A stretch of DNA of 64,000 bases from Spongospora subterranea f. sp. subterranea (lineage: Eukaryota). The stretch covers positions 62,001 to 126,000 of the forward strand of contig JAUGWO010000145.1 in the NCBI GenBank assembly GCA_049724395.1, given 5' to 3'. Every line of letters starts with the position of its first letter. Position 1 is the first letter of the stretch. Shown here piece by piece: positions 22,054 through 35,110 of the stretch. Below the pieces are notes generated by a model. That model was not told where the DNA came from. It made no database searches and saw only the letters and a program-made list of their open reading frames with translations. Both the position numbers and the translations under genes were made by a program.

Positions 22054-25000
22054 TCACATTCGAGAGGCGACGAATTCTTTGGCGGCGTTCTTAACATGTT
22101 CGATCGTGTCCGCATCGCCATGTTCCCGTTCATATTCCAGATATCGCTTGAAGAAGAACTTCATCTTCTTGACGGACAGGTTCAGATGAATAACTCGCTC
22201 AAACAGCTTTCGACACAATGCGGTGTCCCCGAGACGTATTTCCTGATCCAGATAAACCGACCACAGGTCAACACGCTTTGGAAAATTGCTCAACACACCT
22301 ATGAGCAGCACCGGATAAACCGTCAACAAAACCGGAAATGAAAACACCAACAGGGATCAACAAAACCGACCTTCGAGGATGGTTCGACCTCGATCAGCAC
22401 AGCCGAGTTTGAATTCCAATAGGGAAAAGGCTGTGATGGCCCTAATGTGTTTTCGTTTGGGCAGCGCCTTGAGAGCCCGAGTTAACAGGGCGCGAGCGGC
22501 ATCGGCCGCCCCCGATCGAAACTTGTAGCTGGCGGCGTTCACCCAGACATTACGACTTTGGGAGAACTTCTTGCACAGGGTCTGGTGAGTTTCGTGGCAC
22601 TCGCCGGCGTTGTTGTTGAGCTCGTGCATCGAGGCCACTCGACCCAGCAGCTTCTTCTGGTCGCAAGACTGCATTGCTCGTGCCAAGACGGCGGTCAAGG
22701 TCTGGGGGGTCCCATACAGGTTCTCCAGGTTCAGGAACGCGATCCAAACTGAGATGGGCGATATCAGGATATACGGGCGACGATGACGTTAGAACAAGGC
22801 GCAACCGACCGTTGAGAAGCTCGACCTGCTCCCTGTACGAGATCGTGACCAGAGCTCGTTCGGCGATCGTTCGCGCCTGATTCACCTCGTTCATGACCAG
22901 ATGCAGGGCGATATATCGGCACCAGATCAACGAGCTGTCCGGCGATCGCAGCACGAGCTGCTCGAAATCGTCGACCGTCTCGGGTGAGCGAGACGGGTCG
23001 GCGTTGCGCCTCTCAATCTGTTCCAAAGCGAGCTCGTCGGCACGAGCCTTCTGGATGGCGGATTTACGAGATTTCGGGTTGGCGACGTGATCTGCGGCGG
23101 GCTGTGCTTTGCCGCTTTCATCGACTTCGTCGTTGTGGGACTCGTCCTCGGACGACATCAACTCCAACTCTTCAACGTCGGACTGCGCCGCCGCCATCTC
23201 CTCATCTTGCTCGTCGTCGTCGTCCACCTGGAGCTCTTCGGCTTCGCCAGCGTCAACAGCCATGGCGTCGTCGTCGTCGTCCTCGGCGATCGACTCCTCA
23301 TCCTGATGTTGCACTTGCGAGAACTTCAGCGACAGCGAGATCCGCGACGTTTTCGCATCGAACCGTATTACTCGAGCGCGAACCGCATCGCCCAACGAAT
23401 AATGAGCATTGACACGCTCCAATACGGTCTTCTCGTTGTCGTCGTCGTCAAATATCTCGGAAATGTGAGCCAATCCCGATAAGCGACTCCCAGAATCGTT
23501 GTCGATTCGCACGAACACACCGAACTCCTTAATGTTGCTGATGACGCCGGTGACGATATCGCCTTGGTTGATGGACGGGACGGACACAGCACCAGGATTG
23601 ACGACACTGTCCTTTAACGATAGACCCGCCTGGCCAGATTCACTGATGGACATGACTTTGGCGGTGACCAACGACCCCGGCAGGAACACGGACGCCACGT
23701 CCGGGATGAACTTATCGGATAGATCGGTGACCAGACAACGACCAACGACACTTCCGCTAAGTTCAATAAAACACCCTTTTGGACCTGTCAATTGATCATC
23801 AGCAATTGAAAACATTCGTCGAATAATATCGGAAAGAGGGAACCTGTCATTCTGATATAGCCCTTGACGATCTGGCCAACGGTTAGATCAGAAGATGATG
23901 TGATGTAAGGAGATGAATCTGTGGCAATGCCCTGGCGCAGCGAGAACGCGACCTTGGAGAGATCGCCGTTGACGGAAACGACACGACCGGTTAGGACCTG
24001 AACCAGGCAGAAATTAGAGCAATGATCAGCAGGAACAACAACAAGATCACCAACCTGTCCGACGACAAATGGCGACAGAGGGTCGCTGACGAAGGTGTCG
24101 TTGATCTCAGATAGCGATATGATGGCGGATATGTGAGGCGCCAACTCGACCGTCAACCCTTTATGGGGATGGATATTCGTGATCTTACAGGGGATGTGAG
24201 CACCGGGGACGATATACGATCGTAGATCGCTAGTTCCGGTCAACGAAATGTCGATATGGCCCGTTGACTGATTCACCATCATAACCGTCGCTGAGAGCAG
24301 AAACCAAAGTTAGTTTGAGGAGGACGAACGCCATCGAGCGGTAGTGGAGAATCACCTTGCACGGGCTGTCCGATGGCGAAATGAGAGGATGGGTTGGTGA
24401 TGACGGCGATGTCGGTGGACGATAGTAGACGAGGAACACGAGCCGAGAACGATGGGGACATGCTGATCCAGAGGAAGTCGTCCTCGATTCGCTGGACATA
24501 ACCAGTGACCGTTCCGCCGACTTGAACATTGTCGATAGAGCTGATACCATTGCCTGAACCCAACGATAGATCCAGGATCTGTCGTTTACCCTACACACAC
24601 ACCCCAGAATCAGATTTACAGAGAGTGATCATGACGATGACCAAAAAAAATAACGAAAACACGAAACCAATCGCAAAAGAAATATCGACCTTGGAGTATA
24701 TCGAGACGACATTCGCTTTGATATCTTGACCAACTGTTAAGGTTTTCAATGGCGATGACGACTGGGCGGATGTGTGATCTGGGGTGACATTCCCAATCCA
24801 TAATCGGGCACCCATACCCCGATAACGCAACTGCACTGTCGCGAATAACGGGCCGATGGCGATAATCGTGCCGGAAACGTCAGACCCAACCTGAACACCA
24901 CGGTCAGAATTGAGCAATTGATTGGGAAAGAAGGGGAATATGGGACCTGAGGTCGATCCGATACAGTCCACGATGATGCCGAAACGGATAACGACGATAA

Positions 25001-28000
25001 ATCGAGGCGAACCAATAAACGGGGAATCGGGGAATCGCTCACACCGATCACGACAACATCGATCTTGGCGCGTTTGGCAATGGTCGGGCGGACCACCCGG
25101 CGAGTGAAGTCGTGAAGGATGCCGAAGGCGATCATGTGCTGATGGTCCGGTAATGATAAAACCATCTAAACGATCACGATCGGAATGATTACGATGACGT
25201 GTTGGTGAAAATTGGGTGATTTTCCTACGTGATGGTCTTTACACAGTTGGACAATCGCTGAGATCCTCTGTCCAGGAACCGGCATCGATACCGATCGCTT
25301 GCTCTTCTTCCCGGTCGGGCGTGATTTACTTCGCAACGCCACGATGGACTCGCTCAGGTTGAGGTCGACGATCCGGCGCTGGTAATCGATATCGAGCACG
25401 ACCCCCTTGACGGCCGAACCGATCTCGATATTGGCACCTGGACCACGACAGGATTAGAAAGGGGGCGGCGAGCGAGCGTTCCAAGGCCAGGTCACCTTCA
25501 ACATTATCAGGGGACATGGCGAACCCTTGTAATTGAGTTGGGGGAAGGGTTAGAACCGCACCGAAATCTTTCGTTAATATCACGTTGGCATTGACAACGT
25601 CACCGAATTTGTAGTTCGAGAACATCGACACATCGTCGTCTGTAATGGGTTTCAGTCGATATTGCAGTCCAATCCTCGAGATGATCAATACCTGATGGCG
25701 CCGGGAGCTCGCTGAAATACGACCGCGTGTGGGATTCGAGCTGGATTGGGTCGACGGCGCATTGCGATGGTTTCAGGGACAGCGTGAAGCGCGACGAGTC
25801 GTTATCGATCTCGATGACGAGAGCAACGACAGACTGGCCGACCTGGAACAGATCGCTGGGCGACGCAAACCCAGTATCGGATAGGTGTTGACGAGGGCAT
25901 AAACCGTGAACACCTGAACACGCGATTGAAAATCGGATCGAACGAGAACAGATGGCGGGGCCGAACCGGATGAGAAGGCGACGAATACACCGAACTGCTC
26001 GATGGAATGGATATACCCATGATATGATGAGTTGAGCTGGATCTGGGCGAATTCCGAGGGAAGACTGGCGTTGGCGAACGCCGCCAGCAGAGAGGGCTTG
26101 ATCGTGACCAGGAACGAGGCGCGATTATATCGGGAGAGAACCAGAACCGAGATGATGGATCCGGGTGGATGGGTCAATCGCATTGTCGATAGGATATTGG
26201 CACCATTGGCGACGTGATCGGATAGATGATGCATTGGCAATACACATTGGGCCTAACGATCGCGACCGTTAGCGCTACGAACGATCACCAACGATGGGTC
26301 GAGTGGGGAAATACCTCGGTGTCGACCAGCTGAAGGGCGATCGAGTCGTCGGAGTAGGACAGGACCGAGGCCTGCTGGACTGTGGAGATGGCGCTAGAAC
26401 ACTGGGCGATGGACGGCGACCCGATACGGAGTGAGAGGCGGATTCGGTTGGCGCTAGGGTCGGCATGGGTGACCTGGACCTTGACAACCTGACCGCGATA
26501 GAACGACTTGTCCAGGGCCTGGTATCCGGCGGCGGTTATATCGGATAGAGGGATAAACCCATGAACACCATTGTAGAACTGGACGAACACACCGTTCTCC
26601 TGAACAGGACGTGTTAGTGTAAAGGGGAATACGAGGGGCGATAGCGGGGAGAGACCTTGATGGCGTTGACGAAACCGTGGGCGATTGTGCCAATGGTGAC
26701 CGAAGACCAATCGGCGATGATGGTCTCGCTGGATTTCACCAGAGATTTCTTCATCGTTAGGAGAACGCGCTTCTGTTCGCGATCAACGCTCAATACGCGA
26801 ACGGCGACCTGCTGGTCTTTACGATAGCGATCGAGACGGGCGGGTTGGCGCAGCTCGTTAATGTGCATGATCGGGCAAAGACCGCGAAGGGTGTCGTTCA
26901 GATTGATGAACAGACCGAACGGTTCGACACCCGATACCTTCCCGGTCACGGCCGATCCGACCACAACATCGTCCAACGAGAAAAGGGATTCCTGCAACAC
27001 GGACGAGCGTAGCGATACGCTGAACGTCCCGTCGATGGATTTATAGGAGAGGACTCGACATTGCACCGATTGTCCAACAGAGAATTCCTGTGGGAAATCG
27101 CGTTCAGCGAATGTCGGATGGCGAAACAAGCGGAGACCTTATCGAGTTTGGTGATGCGCTTGTCGGAGCATTGGGAGATATGTGAATAGGCGGAGACGCC
27201 ATCGCCAATGGTCAACAGCACGCCGCGAAGGGCGTCGAACCCGGCGACGACGGCATCGACACGCTGACCGGGTTGATATGGGATAGGGGACGGCTGCCAT
27301 AATAGGATATCAGGGCGAAGGGATAGACCGGCGATGCGTCGCTCCATGTCGATGAACAATATTCGCGCCTTGACACTACTCCCGATCGCACTGAATCATC
27401 GTCGACGTTAGTTGGAGAACCGATATAGGAAATCACATGAAAATATACTGTGGAGACCCCTTTTAACAGAAAATAGAAACAAGGAACAAGGAACAAAAAC
27501 CAAAAAAAAAGAACGAGAAATCAAAAACAGAAAATCGATGAAGTAAATGAGGTCGATATTACATATCCGTATCTGGGAGATGAACACGCGCGGCGGTGCC
27601 CGAGAAAATGTTGAGAAAGGAGAAGGCGACACCGTCCGGTAATATATCGGTGGCGGTGGCCCTGACCAGCATCCCCGGCCTGAGATCGTGCAGCGACAGG
27701 TTCCAGTCCTTCTTGGCCTGGGCCGACCCGACCGACCGACACGATATCGCTACGACGGTGGCGATATCGCTGATCACCCCCGTTATTGCTTGTCCTTCGA
27801 CATATCGCTCATCTGTCAACACCAATATCAACGAAAACAAAGAAAACGTCAAACCCATGTCGATCAGCGACTCCTACCTGGATTGGCGGTTTCCGTAAAC
27901 GGAAGGAACGATTTGACGTCGTCGATGCCGAGGTCGATGACGTATCCTTTGTGCTCAACGGAGACGATCGAGCAGGGCGTGACCATACCGACACGAAGAT

Positions 28001-28586
28001 GGGGTCGCGATAGGTTCTGGTTGAAGAGCGACGGGCGCATGGACAACTCGATATGGCGCGATTTCTGGGCCTGGTCGAGTCGGGTGACGACACATTGCAC
28101 GAGTTGGCCGATCGTGAACAGATGGCGCATATCGGGCAGGGCGAGGTCGTCTGGGGCCGATTGATCGGGATCGTCGTCGATGAACCGGTCGACCCGATCG
28201 GACATGGTATCGGACAGTTCTCGTAGGATAACGGTCCCGGTTAACCCGTTGGCCAATCCCACAGTGATATCCACTTCCGACACCTTCTCCACCGCCCCCA
28301 ATAACTTCATTCCGACCGATAATTTCCCATAAATAAGTGTCTGTGCGCGGGTTGTCGCTCTCCCTTCAGGTCGGCCAGCGGCGCCGTCTTTCGCCGCCTC
28401 CGTTCTCCTTTTTTTCCCCAATCCACCCGACGGTTTCTCGGGTTTTCGCACCCGTTTCTTGTCGTCGGAGAAGAGGAATTCCTGTCGAAGATCAGGTTGA
28501 ACCAGAGCCGGTTGACGGTGCTGGTTGGGTAGTGGTTGAGACCCACGTGGGAAACATTCCTCGTCGGTCTGAATCAGGCCAGGCAT
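22054..28586 (-). CDS. RRP5: rRNA biogenesis protein Rrp5 (many S1 domains plus C-terminal HAT repeats)
   Basis: N-terminal EECFPRG, repeated S1 motifs (VTGKVSGVEPFGLFI, FGVFVRI...GLAHISE), PETVDDFEQLVLRSPDSSLIWCRY, C-terminal KKMKFFFKRYLEYEREHG; many introns. Confidence 0.95.
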
Positions 28587-29519
28587 GATTTATATAATAG
28601 GGGTCACGCCCTCCCTGATTTCCAATCTGGGATATCGCCCGAGTTGGGTTCTTTGGAAAACACGGGGTGACTTGATCACATGTCCGTCACGGAGTTACCG
28701 AAACTCCGCCACGCAATTCACCCAGTGGAGTTACCACGGTGGGTATTTGTGTGGCCTTGTCGGGGGTGAAGGTGCCGCACCTTCACCCAGATTGTGAATC
28801 ATATTCCTTTGGGGGTTTTCATCATTGTCCCTTCGAAATCACATATTTCAACCCTGCGTCAAAACGCATTCTTTGACGCTACCGGTTCACGATTCTGTGG
28901 CAAAAGCGCCTGTAGCGCCCTGTGATTGATCACTTCTGTCGACCTGTAATTCTAGTAGATCGTGGCAGCAGCAGCAATATATCACATCACAATTCCAGTT
29001 CCTGTGTTGATATTTAGAGGGCGGTTCAATGGGTCAAACCGTCCTATCACATTCCCATATTTGCAATCAGTGTCTTGTCTGTCTGTTATCAAGGACCATC
29101 ATTGTTCAGTGATCTCAGATATACTGCTTGGAACGGCGGTAAACTGGATAATGTTCTCACTTGTCTGTTTGAAAACAGGGAAGGTCTTGAGTATGATAAT
29201 ATAACCATATCTCAGCATTATTCAATCACTGGCCGTTTGAACGTCGCCCCGGTGGTTTCATTTAGAACCAAAAACCGGTTGCAATTTCCTGGTTGTGGCT
29301 ATTTCACAATCAGTATGACAAGTAGGGGTATATCAGGCAGAATACCCACTTGACGGTCGTGTGCGATTCTCCATGATGTCAACATATGTTGTTGAATTGG
29401 TGAGATTTGCAGTTATGGATATAGCGTGCTTTATCGTGTATTTAGCGTGTTGTACCCTTATAGCGTGTTCCTGTCTTGAGCGCGTTGTATACTATGCTTC
29501 AGAGCGTGAAAAGGGCCAG

Positions 29520-30147
29520 ATGTATAGCGTGTTTCTGTATTTAGCGTGCTGTACCCTGTATATAGGGTGTTCCTGTATTTAGCGTGTTTCTGTATTTAAC
29601 GTGCTGTACCCTGTATATAGGGTGTTCCTGTATTTAGCGTGTTTCTGTATTTAACGTGCTGTACCCTGTATATAGGGTGTTCCTGTATTTAGCGTGTTTC
29701 TGTATTTAACGTGCTGTACCCTGTATATAGCGTGTTCCTGTATTTAGCGTGTTTCTGTATTTAACGTGCTGTACCCTGTATATAGCGTGTTTCTGTATTT
29801 AGCGTGTTTCTGTATTTAACGTGCTGTACCCTGTATATAGGGTGTACCCTGTATATAGGGTGTTTTCTGTATTTAGCGTGTTTCTGTATTTAACGTGCTG
29901 TACCTTGTATATAGCGTGTTTCTGTATTTAGCGTGTTTCTGTATTTAACGTGCTGTACCTGTATATAGCGTGTTCCTGTATTTAGCGTGTTTCTGTATTT
30001 AACGTGCTGTACTTTGTATTTAGCGTGTTTCTGTATTTAACGTGCTTTACCCTGTATATAGGGTGTTCCTGTATTTAGCGTGTTTCTGTATTTAACGTGC
30101 TGTACCTTGTATATAGCGTGTTCCTGTATTTAGCGTGTTCCTGTATT
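29520..30147. repeat. Minisatellite with ~55-bp higher-order unit built from 17/21/17-bp subunits
   Basis: TATTTAGCGTGTTTCTG + TATTTAACGTGCTGTACCCTG + TATATAG(G/C)GTGTTCCTG repeated about 11 times, with degenerate copies from ~29420. Confidence 0.92.
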
Positions 30148-30355
30148 TTGTAGATAGAGTGCTGTAAATGTAAATGAACGGGCCGGTGTTTGTGTGATCC
30201 GGTACTATTGTGTGTATGTATCAGTGTATGCTGCTGTTCCCGATCCGGGTTCGGTGCTGTACCAGGTGACGAGATGGCGTAACCCATCGCCTATACCTGT
30301 TCTTTCTCAATACGGCCGGGACCAGTACCGCCAAATATCCTATACTGTCTTAATC

Positions 30356-30831
30356 ATGCAGATTCATGTCAAGGTCGGTCGTCTAGCAGCGTATATTGGG
30401 CCAGTTTATTGCAAATATCTAAAACCATTATTACAGACCTTAATTGGGTCCAAGGTCCAAATCAATATTGACGAAGATGCCACAGTATTGCAACTCAAAC
30501 AGGAACTCGAAGTCATTCAAGGAATCCAAGTGGATCAGATCAGGTATTTGTACTGTGTTTTTTATTGTACACTTATTCATCCTTGTATTAGGTTAATATT
30601 TAGTGGTAAACAACTGTAAGTATACAAATATTTTTAACAATTTTTTTGAATTTGTTCATATCTTGTTCTTGTAGAAATGATTCAGAAAAATTGAAGGACC
30701 GAAAAGTAGCAGGTATTGTACACACGTTTATCAAATTTTAGTGTTTGAGTGTTTGAGTTTGTTTGATAGCCGGTGCGATTGTCCATATGGTTTTACAGTT
30801 ACGAGGCGGAGGTCCATTCATAAATCTATGA
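30356..30831 (+). CDS. NEDD8: NEDD8/Rub1-like ubiquitin-fold modifier, 5 exons
   Basis: Spliced translation MQIHVKTLIGSKVQINIDEDATVLQLKQELEVIQGIQVDQIRLIFSGKQLNDSEKLKDRKVAAGAIVHMVLQLRGG-GPFINL; RLIFSGKQ and the short tail after GG are NEDD8-like. Confidence 0.7.
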
Positions 30832-30971
30832 TTATCAGTATCAATATTTACAATAGCTTTGCGGTTTAATATAAAACGACAAGACACGCTGTTTGGAAAT
30901 GATAATGACTAATGATTAGGGTTCTGCCTCCTAAACGACAACAAACTACTCGTTTACTCAAAAATTGAACT

Positions 30972-31271
30972 TTATGTAGAGGAAGGCGACGCCATATATC
31001 GGTTTTTAAACTGTACACCAATGTTGATCCAGCCCAAAAAGATGATCGCCTCATTCGGTGTCATGTTAAACTCCTTGGCAAACATATCGGCCGTGACTGA
31101 CTCTCGATCTGGGGACGTTAGATAATCAGCGATTTTAGCCGAGTTCTCCTCGGACGTGAGCCCATATTTCGCGATGATTCCGTCAAACAGCTCTTTGTGC
31201 TTTGCGAACGCCATCATGTCCTCCTGTTCATGATTGTTTCCAGTCTCCCGTTCGTGATCATTTGCCATCAC
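30972..31271 (-). CDS. Small hypothetical protein
   Basis: Intact ~99-aa ORF with globular-protein composition (FAKEFNMTPNEAIIFLGWINIGVQFK), convergent with the NEDD8-like gene. Confidence 0.55.
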   Translation of the reverse strand: MMANDHERETGNNHEQEDMMAFAKHKELFDGIIAKYGLTSEENSAKIADYLTSPDRESVTADMFAKEFNMTPNEAIIFLGWINIGVQFKNRYMASPSST

Positions 31272-31320
31272 GTCCCCCTGACCACTGTAGTCGCCCTGTT
31301 GTGTGTTGTCGTGTCAGATT

Positions 31321-31406
31321 GGGAGGCCGCCTGACACTATGACTGTTACTGTGGCCGACGGGAGGCCGCCTGACACTATGACTGTTACTGGGCCGACGGA
31401 GGCCGC
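31321..31406. repeat. Short tandem repeat, 39-bp period, ~2.2 copies
   Basis: GGGAGGCCGCCTGACACTATGACTGTTACTG(T)GGCCGAC repeated. Confidence 0.85.
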
Positions 31407-31754
31407 ACATTGACCGGATCCTCATGACCTCGCTGTTCTCGGTTGTGTCAGATTAATCACAGCTCAGATTAAACAACGATTTCAACACATTTAATGCTGC
31501 GCTTATACGTAAGACATGTCACCGAGTCGACTAGACTCGTTTTGAAAGGTTGTCCGGTCCAACTTGATTTGAACTAGTTAGGGCCAGCAACAACTCGAGG
31601 TTCAACGGAATGCAGAGAAGGCCTAATCGTCCTCGGGTGTTTCTGAATTATTATGTCCATACACCTTGTTGCGAACAAATGGTCTTTGTTGAAAGCCTAT
31701 AGGGATTTTGATCCATTTACTCTACAGCATAGCAACTAGGTAGGTATGCCTCGT

Positions 31755-32650
31755 TCAACCGCACGGTGCAGCGGTGCAGACTTCCATTCGGAATCTGGTT
31801 CGAGTTCGACTCGCTATAATTCCGCACCAACTCGAGTCCGACTCGGAACGAATATTGCCAACTCTAGTTGACATGTTGACATCTCTACTCATACGTATAC
31901 TGGAGTATTCACAGCGATTATGATGCAGTTCCACTGAACACACCGGACAACTACAAAACATTATATTCTTCGACCCCAGCCCGACTGATGTTCCTACGTC
32001 TAACCAGCATGTCGTTGTAAAAAGTCTATCAATTTCTGATTCCGATGTTGCAGTAGCCACAACAATAATCGTCTCTTGTATCCGCTTCAATCTATATGGG
32101 GTGTCGTCCACACGTTTGCACCGCGTTAATAGAATATGTGTTGTCAATACATATGTAGAAGTGCTATTCATTATGACAATCTGATGAGCGGATATATTTT
32201 AGTGGTTCTGGTATTAATTGACTGTGGTTGGCCAAACGTTGTGAACCGGGTATTTTGACTTCATTCCCGGTGAGGATGGAGTAGCAGCGGATACTCGAAT
32301 ACTTTTCTAACAGGTGAACGAAATCGAAATGACTTCGAACAAGGTTCGACAGCCTGAAATATGTATGTTGGAGATTGAGTATATCGTGGATCGATGTGTT
32401 TGAGTCGGTATCGCATGATATGAAATAGAGTTAATTTTCCACTAAAAACGGATCTTCATTCCATCCTCGATTACCATTCGTAATGAGATAGGGGTAGAGG
32501 ACGGATTCAAGATGAGGATTCAGATTGTTGATGGAATGCACCGTTCCCTGTTTCGTTCTGATTAGTCCGAATGATTGCAAGGTATGTCCAATAGCTACAT
32601 TGACCGTTTGTGGAATTAGTGGTAGTAGAAGGGCTGGTTCACTTATTCTA
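31755..32650 (-). CDS. Possible hypothetical spliced gene
   Basis: 138-aa minus-strand ORF plus upstream open stretches with splice-like sites; no recognisable domain. Confidence 0.25.
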
Positions 32651-33159
32651 CCATGGCGTAAAATTCGAATGTCGATTGCTTTTCTGTTTTAGATGAATAT
32701 GTGCAAGGGCCAAGGAAACGGGCGGGATTTTAGAACCTAGATCATCCCTGGAAATTTTGAATCAACACCCCGCTGTGATACAAGCTCCTACTGATGTTGC
32801 CGAGAATTTAGAATTCCAGCAGTATCAGAAAATTCAACAGATGCTCATATCGGTGGTTATCAATGGTTTAGTAAGATCACAGCATTGTTCTAAACTCCAA
32901 TTATTTATCAAAATTTTGACCGATCAACTAGCTGATAAATGTGAGGGGACAGAGAAAGGGTGAGAGAGAAGATCAGGATGTGAGGCGGTGCATAAACCGG
33001 TGGATTGGGGTAGCGGTGCGTTCGCTGCCGAGCATAACAATGCTCATCAATTGTGGCAAATATCTTTAAAATCACGAGCTATTGTATTGGCGTAAAACGG
33101 CTGATCTTCAAACCTGAGAATCTCGGCACTGGTGACGCTTTGAGTTTATCTGTAATGAT

Positions 33160-34700
33160 TTATATATTTGAGGAATATGGGAGATATTGAGTGAGGAAGG
33201 CGATATGATCAACTATATCCTGATCCTTCACTTTATACTGATTGGCCAATTCCCCAATCAGACCTCGCTCGATATTATATCTCGCCAGACATTCCACAAA
33301 ACCCTTTAATGGGATAAACCCGACACACTCTCGATCTAGTAGGGTTAATTCACTCCACAACTTCATGTTCTCGTCCCGATCGAGAATTACAATACTTTTC
33401 CGGATTGGCGTCCGAGTTCGAGTTGTGGTTTGAGGTCGATGTAGAGGTGGCGCTTTTTGTCCATGTGTGTTGATCTGCCATGAATATGGGAGATCAAATG
33501 GATCATGGCTATATCTGGTCGAATACGATCCCGAAAATATGGGGAGGCGACGCCCTGGTGGCCGAGGAATGGCCATTGCAGTGCTGGTCAGAACAGGGAG
33601 AAGACGACAAACCTAATACGAGTATTTGGAATTGAGAGAGATTCAGCTCCTGAAAAACACAGATTGAAAAAAAGCCGAATACCTCGTCCAACGTGAGTCT
33701 TTGACGATCCTTGAATAACTGAATTGGACAATGGAATCCGAATACGCTCATGATCGATTGTAATTCATCTGGGAACCCCAATCACATATCAGTGAGATGG
33801 ATCACACCTCGTTCGGCAAACGACCTATCGATATCCCATTTGATTTAGGAAGGCGTTCCAGGAACTGCAATAATGCAGTCCCCGATCGTGAGCGATAGCA
33901 TGCGAGATGATAATTGTAGTCCATGGCGGTTAATACCCCCTGGTCTAAATACGGGCCATACTCAATGTGGTTTATGATGGATTGGACTAGATCAGACCTG
34001 GTGATGACGAGACTTTCAGGTACTGAATTGATCAGATCCGGTAATGGATTGTGTTTTTTTAAAGGTGGTTGTTGTGTTCATCTCAATCGCCGGAAAGTTG
34101 ATGGCGTCTCAACAGCATCATTACAAAGGGTGGTGACACTCTTGAAACAGTCGATATGGAATGGCGCTTAAGCGGATCTGTGGATCATCCCAAGAATAAG
34201 GGGCAGACTTTAGGAGTCGGGTTTAAACAGATTATACAAGCGGGCAGTGCCTCTGGTTGTTCTGGTATCGCCGCTTCTGCATGCAACTGCGGTAGGCGTT
34301 GTGAGTCAAAGGACAGCATGCGAACCGTCGATTTGTTGTATTCAAAATCATGGGGAAAGGTGAGGGCTGTCAAGGCACCTGTTAAAGTGATAAACAATGG
34401 ATCGCTATCGGTCTGATACCTGTAATAGGAGGACATTAGGAGACGCCCTGATGGTACCTGGGCCACTCCCTCAGTGAGAATTGCCAGCGCCACCGTTACC
34501 GCTACGTTCGAGAAAGTCTCCAGAGAACATGTAACGAATCGCGGTTCCGAGTTCTGATAGCACTGGGACCAATGTGGCGTTATCCATTTGCAGGGTCGAA
34601 CAGCATCATCGCACTGACGAACAACAATGCAGCATCGCGCCCAGGCATTCTGAATGCCCGGCGCTCTGAGATAGATTAACCATCTCCAGACCCTTCGACA
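33160..34700 (-). CDS. Hypothetical protein with a degenerate C-terminal EF-hand-like pair
   Basis: Series of minus-strand ORFs; C-terminus LWSELTLLDRECVGFIPLKGFVECL...QYKVKDQDIVDHIAFLTQY has EF-hand-like spacing; start uncertain. Confidence 0.5.
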
Positions 34701-35110
34701 GGATGACTGCTGTCAATCGCGGGCACTTCACCGACGGTATTTCATCCAGAGCGACGCATGGACGACACTTTCTCGCCTCATATTCATTGACCGCCGACTA
34801 CGGGTTTGTCATCATTGGCGAAGTCCTAATTTCATCAACAGAACGGTATAGATACGAAAATAGAATCATGATCTTTATAATCATAAAAACAATCAATTGT
34901 TCATCTGATACTCGACCCCAACAGTGTTTATTGATGGCCAGCCATATTCTGCCAAACCCTGTGCCGTAATTGGGGATCAGTTTTACAGCACTGAGTCACA
35001 ATGTGGTAACCGCTCAACCCAACCCCAACACTACACAACAACAGCTCGAGGGCATTTGAGCCCGATAACTTCCAACAAGGCAATACCCAGCGCTGTAGGT
35101 TAGCGAGATT

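Noticed and set aside
22558..28588. Many plus-strand and off-frame ORFs over RRP5
   Set aside because: Expected in GC-rich coding sequence; no independent domains.
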